From: a virus
Virus record (IMG/VR): IMGVR_UViG_3300037264_003921
Span: 32,001-96,000 of that record
Reading direction: 5' to 3' (one strand)
Length of the DNA stretch: 64,000 nt
Positions within the stretch are counted from its first letter, which is position 1. Each line of letters opens with the position of its first letter. Position numbers and translations under genes: made by a program. Under the pieces are notes generated by a model, which did not search any database, was not told the origin of the DNA, and worked only from the letters and a program-made list of their open reading frames with translations. Shown here piece by piece: positions 57,315-64,000 of this stretch.

Positions 57315-58409
57315 CTACGACATCTCACCGTCTTGCTCTTCAGTAGATGCTATACGTTCAATACCGTCTTCTACTATTTGTTTATTCAGATTTAATACTT
57401 CATTCGTATCAATATTTTCTGGCATATCATGTTTTATCCATTGTTCAAATAACACAGATCCATCCCCAAGATTTGATTTTGTCACATTTGATATGCTAGT
57501 ATCTTCTTCTTGTTTGGTCTTCATCCATTTTACTACTTTGGCACCATTCGACAATATTTTATTGCGTAATTCAGTCAATTCATTACTAGTATAATCTCTA
57601 GATAAACATACTCTAATATGATTATCGCGTACATTAATCTTCTCTACATCAGAGTCAACACACGTAATATAATCAGGAGCATGCTCCTGATTAGGTAATA
57701 ATAGTTTACCTACATCAAATGTTTTAATAAACTTGTGGTCCATTGTCTCAGTATCAAATTCAATGAACCCATGGTCAACTAACCCTTCATCAAATCTGAA
57801 TGGTATTGGACTTCCAGTGTACCATGTTTTATCACCAACTTTTTGATGGCAATGAAAATGCCCAGAATATATCCTATGAAATTTAGTCTGTGAAAAATCA
57901 ACAACACTCCAATGTTTTAATAAAAAACATTCATTAAGCGATGCTCCAGCTACTCCAATATGCGTCAATAACACATCTTTATCAGTTGCCTTTGACTCTA
58001 TCGCCTTCACAACTTCCATATATGCAGATTCATAATGAACAAATGGCAATATCCAAAATTTAACACCACCATATTGAAGAGCTTTCACATCCTCTATTAT
58101 TGTTACAACTCTACTAAGTGGTCTAACAGAATTAACTTCCCATGAGTTCTTAAGATACATATCATGGTTGCCAGGAAAGACTGCCCATTCTTGATTATAA
58201 TTTTTTTCAGTGTCATCAAAAAAGTCATATGCAGTTGTCAACACCTGAATATTCAGGCTAGTCCTATCATGAAACAAATCACCAAGGACTATGACAACAC
58301 CAATATCATTTTTAGATGCATATTCTCTTATGACTTTAGATGCCCACAACGAATGTTCTAATTTATTCGGGACACCAAAATGAATATCAGATGTAAGAAT
58401 TAAACGCAT
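57315..58409 (-). CDS. Mre11/SbcD-like nuclease (T4 gp47-like)
   Basis: SDIHFG, LGDLFH, GNHD, GHFH, YTGSP. Confidence 0.93.
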   Translation of the reverse strand: MRLILTSDIHFGVPNKLEHSLWASKVIREYASKNDIGVVIVLGDLFHDRTSLNIQVLTTAYDFFDDTEKNYNQEWAVFPGNHDMYLKNSWEVNSVRPLSRVVTIIEDVKALQYGGVKFWILPFVHYESAYMEVVKAIESKATDKDVLLTHIGVAGASLNECFLLKHWSVVDFSQTKFHRIYSGHFHCHQKVGDKTWYTGSPIPFRFDEGLVDHGFIEFDTETMDHKFIKTFDVGKLLLPNQEHAPDYITCVDSDVEKINVRDNHIRVCLSRDYTSNELTELRNKILSNGAKVVKWMKTKQEEDTSISNVTKSNLGDGSVLFEQWIKHDMPENIDTNEVLNLNKQIVEDGIERIASTEEQDGEMS

Positions 58410-58434
58410 TTATTAATGAAATACTGCAACAACA

Positions 58435-59028
58435 TTATTTATACTTGCCTTCTCTAAACCATTTTGTTGCAGCCCACTTTTCGCCGCTTTTAACTGGTAG
58501 CGATGCGTGCATCATATTTCTATCTATAATCCCATTAATCGAATTTCTGAATAGTATTGCTAGTCCAGTTTGTGGTGAAATTTTTATGCCAAGTTTTGAA
58601 AACAATAATTCGCCACCATCGTCAACATTATTCAGATACATACTTACAGTAAATGTACGCTGACCTCCCCTGCTTAATGATTTTAAAGAACTTTTAAACA
58701 TAGGATCAAACCAATCATAATGTTGTTTATATTCCTCACCAGATCCATATTTTAATATTTGGATGCCCTCACTATTATCGATTGGCATTTTGATCATAGA
58801 TGATATCCTATCCTCTATTGACGATATAATATCATCAAATCCATTATTAAAAAATGCAGCACTGCTACTTCTATAATCAGTTATTATACCATCCCCAGTT
58901 GCATAATCAACAACTGATGATTTTACCAATTTCGTGCGTGCTAGATTTATTAAATGGGTGCATTCTTCATTGCTTAAGAATTTTTTTATAGTCCATATAT
59001 TAGCATATTGTGTTACACGTTCTATCAT
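58435..59028 (-). CDS. 2OG-Fe(II) prolyl 4-hydroxylase-like oxygenase
   Basis: FLSNEEC, EGIQILKY, YKQHYDWF, GGQR..T..YLN.V..GGE, HASLPV..GEKW.ATKW. Confidence 0.88.
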   Translation of the reverse strand: MIERVTQYANIWTIKKFLSNEECTHLINLARTKLVKSSVVDYATGDGIITDYRSSSAAFFNNGFDDIISSIEDRISSMIKMPIDNSEGIQILKYGSGEEYKQHYDWFDPMFKSSLKSLSRGGQRTFTVSMYLNNVDDGGELLFSKLGIKISPQTGLAILFRNSINGIIDRNMMHASLPVKSGEKWAATKWFREGKYK

Positions 59029-61760
59029 GCTTCAGCACACTGATCTATACTCTTATCTATTGCAAAATGAACAAATAATATATTCCTAATCCCACAATCA
59101 TTATCTTCACATGGATTAAAACCAGTAACAATCTGATCAGCTGCCGAGATCATAAACGTATCGAAATTAAGCTCTGTATTAAATGGTAACACAATATCAT
59201 AATCACCAGGCGTACCATCATCTGTTACAGACCCAATAACTGGGATCCCAGTCTCATCATCTTCTGGTATGACAAAACTCCCATTACCCTGTTTTAATGC
59301 TACAGTGTACAATGCTACATTTGATAGGCTTCCACTTATTGATGCAAGTGAAAACACTCCATTCCTATCACCACTCGGTTTTCCTAATGGCAAATTTCTT
59401 GGAATAACTCCTGATATTATTGGCCCATTTGAAAACATCTTCTGTTGATTATCAAACACCATTAAACAACCAACATCACCGCTAGAGCTACCAATAATTC
59501 CAAAATTCATCCACATGAATCTATCATTAGACACAGTCGGTTTAAATAAGTTGATGGCATCTACAGTCCCAGATGATATAGCAGAACTTAGATCAGCTGC
59601 ATATGTATTAACATCAAATCCCGTCGACACTTCAACTTTAATTGTTTCACCTGACATAAACCATGATACAATCTCATCATCGTTAATCATAATGCTTTGA
59701 GCAGAAAAATCAGATGCCGTTACAGCGCCACCAACATTTGAAAATATGATCGTATCATCAATTGGGTCAAATATTATTCTTAATGTCTGTGACGTAGATG
59801 ATTTTACACCAGTCAATATTATTACAGGCAGCCCATCCCATACGCCAGATGCTAATGTAACAAAGCTATCAGTTATATTAACATCATCAAACGTTGTTGA
59901 AAATGATGACATTGACAATGATGGCCAATTCACTGTTAATTTAGCAAGCTTCAATTCACCAGAATCAGAAAAGGCATAATAAATAGAATTTCCATCAGAT
60001 AATGGTTTTGTTTCAAGCAATTCACCATTTGCAAATGGGTTAGTTAGTTCTAATTCATTATATCCAGAAACCGTATCATTTAATTTCTGTAATTTGACAT
60101 GCAGATCCACGCCAGACCCAGACCCTGCGATTCCTATTATTAGTCCACTTTCATGATATACTGCATTCTCAATAAACTCAGATTCATTTGATGATGTATA
60201 ATTACATGAATAAATAGCATCCCTACCATCAATAGATGTGTCTGTTGCTGGTGGTGCAACCTGTGCAATATTTAAACATTTACCAAAAACATACGGAAAA
60301 TCAACACCAGCGTGTCTATTGATAGTTTTCATCATTACATTAAGAACACCAATTTTATTCTCTGATTGTTTTATCTGACAGTTAATTGGTGGGAAACAAT
60401 CACCAAATATATCAATATTATCGACGCTCGCGTCCTCTAATCTAACTAATAATTCTGGCATTGTTATTGTCAGTTTATCAGATGAACTCAGTGTTGCACC
60501 ATGCGATGTTGGTATGAATAGCCTAATAAAATTAGTGCCTTGTAATGCAACCAAAAACACAGAGCCATCCCAATCATTTAAAACTGTAGATTCTACATCA
60601 GCGATTATACCTTTAGTAATGTCAAATAATATTGATCTCTGACTATCAAACGGATTTGATGAATCTGCAATAAAATCACCGTCACCAACTATATCCGTCA
60701 TTAATAAATCAAACATTGTTCCATTTGAATCACTACTAGGAAATTCCCCACTACCATGGAATTCTATCTTAAATTCTGGTATTACATTACATTGTCCATC
60801 TTGAGTCAATAATTTTTTATCAGATGAGTATACTCTTATATGTCTAATTGTCGGCAATGTAGGTGTTCCATAATCATCAATTATAGCGGTGCCAATTGTT
60901 ATATCATTTCTCTGTAGCTCTACAATTCCACCATTAACCATTTCAGATGAATTATCATTATCATAAAATATCTGTTGCCTGTTTTTCACAAAAAACAATT
61001 CATTGCTGCTTATAATCCGCGATCCAATAATGATTTTATATTCAGTATTATTACCTAAGAATAAATTTTCATCATTAAAATAGACACTAACATGCGATAC
61101 GGATGAATCATCATAATTTTTTGTAATTATAGCTTTATTGCCTATATTCCATACATCGACTGATTCAGATAATTCACTAACACTTGCAATTGACACACCA
61201 TTTCTATCATATGCAATTGTAATATTACCATATAAGTTTGTTGTATTATAGTTATCCGATACAAGAGATTTTGGATTTAAATCACTAAATAGGTCTATTT
61301 CAATCGCACCATCGCCTTGTGATGGACCCATATTATTAATGCCAATAGCCCATAAACTTATAGTATTATAAGAAGAATCATCGGAAGATTTCAATGACCC
61401 TTGATATAATACGCGATATCTATCATTATTATCTTTCGTACCGATAAACAGCAACCCATTATTAAATCTATCGCTGCGAACTAACTTACCGCTATCAGCA
61501 ATTGATTGTGTCACGGTACATGATCCAGATTGTGCAAAATATGTCCCATTACCAAATGGTCCATCTATTGTAACATTCTGCGTCTGAAATTCTAAATCTT
61601 TTATTGTTATTAAGATATTACCATCTAATTGATCAATCGCCGATGGCAACACAGACCCAACTCTATTATCATGAACATCAATCCGTATACGATTAGTACG
61701 ATGTGCAAGAATGTCAGCTTCTTTCACTAAAAATCTAGACATAAATTCACCATTTATCAT
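59025..61760 (-). CDS. Large acidic beta-rich protein, probable virion/fibre component
   Basis: 911 aa, S/D/G/I-rich; coupled to neighbours by ATGA overlaps. Confidence 0.6.
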   Translation of the reverse strand: MINGEFMSRFLVKEADILAHRTNRIRIDVHDNRVGSVLPSAIDQLDGNILITIKDLEFQTQNVTIDGPFGNGTYFAQSGSCTVTQSIADSGKLVRSDRFNNGLLFIGTKDNNDRYRVLYQGSLKSSDDSSYNTISLWAIGINNMGPSQGDGAIEIDLFSDLNPKSLVSDNYNTTNLYGNITIAYDRNGVSIASVSELSESVDVWNIGNKAIITKNYDDSSVSHVSVYFNDENLFLGNNTEYKIIIGSRIISSNELFFVKNRQQIFYDNDNSSEMVNGGIVELQRNDITIGTAIIDDYGTPTLPTIRHIRVYSSDKKLLTQDGQCNVIPEFKIEFHGSGEFPSSDSNGTMFDLLMTDIVGDGDFIADSSNPFDSQRSILFDITKGIIADVESTVLNDWDGSVFLVALQGTNFIRLFIPTSHGATLSSSDKLTITMPELLVRLEDASVDNIDIFGDCFPPINCQIKQSENKIGVLNVMMKTINRHAGVDFPYVFGKCLNIAQVAPPATDTSIDGRDAIYSCNYTSSNESEFIENAVYHESGLIIGIAGSGSGVDLHVKLQKLNDTVSGYNELELTNPFANGELLETKPLSDGNSIYYAFSDSGELKLAKLTVNWPSLSMSSFSTTFDDVNITDSFVTLASGVWDGLPVIILTGVKSSTSQTLRIIFDPIDDTIIFSNVGGAVTASDFSAQSIMINDDEIVSWFMSGETIKVEVSTGFDVNTYAADLSSAISSGTVDAINLFKPTVSNDRFMWMNFGIIGSSSGDVGCLMVFDNQQKMFSNGPIISGVIPRNLPLGKPSGDRNGVFSLASISGSLSNVALYTVALKQGNGSFVIPEDDETGIPVIGSVTDDGTPGDYDIVLPFNTELNFDTFMISAADQIVTGFNPCEDNDCGIRNILFVHFAIDKSIDQCAEA

Positions 61761-64000
61761 GCGAATACAACCTTAGTAAATGGTGGTGAAGGACATGCCC
61801 CTGGATCAAATGAGCCTGTAACGCTAACTGTCATAGTGTCTGTATTTAGTACTGCATCAGTTACAGTTATATCAACAGATGATGACAATACAGTAACTAA
61901 CGCTCCATTCAAATTGCCAGTTAAGAGTCCTAGAGATACCGTTAATGGTAATGTACCAACTGTCACAGTAAACGAGTATGGTGGAACGCCACCAGTTGCA
62001 CTAGCCCATGCCGGTACTGAGATAGAACCGCCAATACAACCCTGTACTGGCAATGTCAGTGATAATTGTAGCGCCGCTGGTGGAGGCGGTGGAGGCGGTG
62101 GAAGTGATGGTGGCGGCGATGATAGAGTAGTGGTAGGCGACTGTGGAGTCTCTACATTTTCGAATCCTACGAAAGAAAATCCAGATGGTACTGTAGGTTG
62201 TGTCGGCTCTGGTGGTCCAACAGAACCTGGTGTCGGCTCTGGCGGTGGTTCAACAGTACCTGGTGGTGGTAGTTGTGAAACTGGCGGGTCAGGTATACCA
62301 GGACCGCCACCAGTTGGACACACACACTGCACTGATGTCTCAACCTTATATCCTCTACAACAATTTATTTGATCCTCATTAACGATTAATTTTAACGCAA
62401 ATGTCTTCTTTGGACAGAATGACTCTTCGTTGCCATTGACAAACCCAGTATCTCCCGAAAATTCATATGTGATTGGCATATTACCAGACTTCACATCATC
62501 ATTTATAGATGCTTTTGTCTTAACCTGACAATTATCAACATATCCTGGTTTATTACGCTGTTCTTTACATAGTTCATCATCAAATGAAACTTTTACTGTA
62601 ACCTTCCAGCCACCAGCTACGCTTATTTGTTCATTAAATTGATCAACACTACCACCTATCACACTAGAAACAGATCCTGAAGACAATGGGCCGTTCGGGC
62701 AATTAATTGGAGGTAATGTAAAACCACCATTCTGTAACTCAAATGCAATTGGAGAATCACATTCGCAAAAGTCCAATCCAGGAGATCCAGTTAAATGAGG
62801 TTCAAACGTTACAGGTGGGTCAATCTTACCACTAATACCACATGTATTGTCACCAATATTAGGACACCAGAAAAAGTCTTCTTCACAACATTGTTCTGGC
62901 GGTCTTGGATCTGTTGCAATCTTAAACATATATCTTGGATTTACTCTTTCGAACCAATTAAATCTACGCACATTATAATGTCCAGCGTCACAACAGTCAG
63001 GTGTTGGAGTCCATGCAGGTAAGTCAAGCTTCGGCTGAATAAATTCATCGGGAATAAATTTAAATTTTCCAATGTCCTTACATTGCTTAGATGTCACGCT
63101 AACAGCAACAAGTGATGCTTTGTCTATTTTGCCCATAGGCATCACACCACTATGTAACAAATTAAATGAGCATACGTCTTCGAACATCGGCTTTTTAACA
63201 AACAAAACGTTGTCAGTCGTAAATGGTTTTCTTAATGACACCATAGCATCAGTAGACCGCAACAACGGATCATCAAAAAATTGTTCAATTATTTGAAAAA
63301 AACTACTGCCATTATCGCCTTTCTCGCCTTTTAGACCAATCTGCCTAGCTTTATACTTCCATGTTCCTATATCATCAGCACCAGATGTAAATCTTATTGT
63401 TCCAGATAAATGTTGAGTAACCACATCATATGTCATGATTAATGATGACATCTCTACTTCAGGACTATCTTCAAACTGGATTACTGTAACCTCATCAGTA
63501 TCACCAATTGGGATTAACAGTTCAAGTATTGTTATATCACTTCTAAAAATCCTCAATGATATGCGTGTGTCTAATGGCGTTGAAACTGTAGTTTCAAACC
63601 TTAATTCATTGTCCTCAGCAAATATTGGATCTAAAAATTTTTCATTGCCAGCTTTAATTCCATCACGTCCTTGTTTCCCTTGAAGGCCTATTTTCCCTTT
63701 AGGACCCCTACAACATGTTTTCGTAATTTTAGACAACATCCTTGCCCTATCAATTTCTACCCTTAACTTATTTTGTGATTCAGGATAGAACCGTACTAAA
63801 TCATCTGACGAATAAAAGAAATAAAAATATGGTGACAACCCATCAACATCTATTTTAAATTGGTCGAATTTAACACCATTTTTTATCAGCTTGTTGATTA
63901 AATTTAGTTTCTCAAATATTTTAGGTGTGATGATACCTGGATTTTCTTGTGAAACTATTGGAGGAGTTTGTATTATGCCATGATATATCCAAGTACGCTC
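61757..64000 (-). CDS. Probable virion/fibre protein with collagen-like triplets, Cys clusters, Pro-rich linker and Ig-like C-terminus; 5' end beyond right edge
   Basis: Frame stays open from 64000. GPKGKIGLQGKQGRDG, GLKGEKGDNG, PPPPPPPP; ASATGGVPPYSF..GTLP resembles a He_PIG-type Ig domain. Confidence 0.7.
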   Translation of the reverse strand, partial: ERTWIYHGIIQTPPIVSQENPGIITPKIFEKLNLINKLIKNGVKFDQFKIDVDGLSPYFYFFYSSDDLVRFYPESQNKLRVEIDRARMLSKITKTCCRGPKGKIGLQGKQGRDGIKAGNEKFLDPIFAEDNELRFETTVSTPLDTRISLRIFRSDITILELLIPIGDTDEVTVIQFEDSPEVEMSSLIMTYDVVTQHLSGTIRFTSGADDIGTWKYKARQIGLKGEKGDNGSSFFQIIEQFFDDPLLRSTDAMVSLRKPFTTDNVLFVKKPMFEDVCSFNLLHSGVMPMGKIDKASLVAVSVTSKQCKDIGKFKFIPDEFIQPKLDLPAWTPTPDCCDAGHYNVRRFNWFERVNPRYMFKIATDPRPPEQCCEEDFFWCPNIGDNTCGISGKIDPPVTFEPHLTGSPGLDFCECDSPIAFELQNGGFTLPPINCPNGPLSSGSVSSVIGGSVDQFNEQISVAGGWKVTVKVSFDDELCKEQRNKPGYVDNCQVKTKASINDDVKSGNMPITYEFSGDTGFVNGNEESFCPKKTFALKLIVNEDQINCCRGYKVETSVQCVCPTGGGPGIPDPPVSQLPPPGTVEPPPEPTPGSVGPPEPTQPTVPSGFSFVGFENVETPQSPTTTLSSPPPSLPPPPPPPPAALQLSLTLPVQGCIGGSISVPAWASATGGVPPYSFTVTVGTLPLTVSLGLLTGNLNGALVTVLSSSVDITVTDAVLNTDTMTVSVTGSFDPGACPSPPFTKVVFA

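Noticed and set aside
1-64000. Stop-codon reassignment as in some large phages
   Set aside because: Core genes are intact in code 11. TAG and TGA end genes at sensible boundaries, including ATGA overlaps.
1-64000. tRNA/rRNA genes and host assignment
   Set aside because: No cloverleaf or rRNA-like segment recognised in the short intergenic gaps; nothing visible fixes the host.

Overview
A 64-kb, AT-rich segment of a large T4-superfamily-like (jumbo/huge) myophage genome, read in standard code 11 with almost all genes on the minus strand. It holds head and packaging genes (a portal with two inteins, large terminase), neck, tail and baseplate genes (gp13/14/15-like, sheath, two tubes, tape measure, gp5/6/25/26/53-like) and replication/recombination genes (UvsW-like helicase, primase, gp46/47, class II RNR). 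It also has three sigma-like genes, two endonuclease-GNAT(Mom-like) fusions and a nucleotide-metabolism cluster. Main leads: (1) a PurZ-signature synthetase next to an NDT-family glycosidase, a DeoC-like protein and a DEDDh exonuclease, suggesting 2-aminoadenine or another modified-purine pathway; (2) four short GC-rich foreign DNA patches in 45-54.6 kb, one splitting a gene cleanly and one truncating thyX; (3) a perfect 39-bp copy of part of the late-sigma gene, placed antisense behind another sigma-like gene; (4) a gp5 spike ending in an ART/Tpt1-like domain; (5) a candidate late promoter CAAA[ATG]ATA, often only 4-6 nt before start codons. All assignments are motif recognition by eye; no database searches were run.
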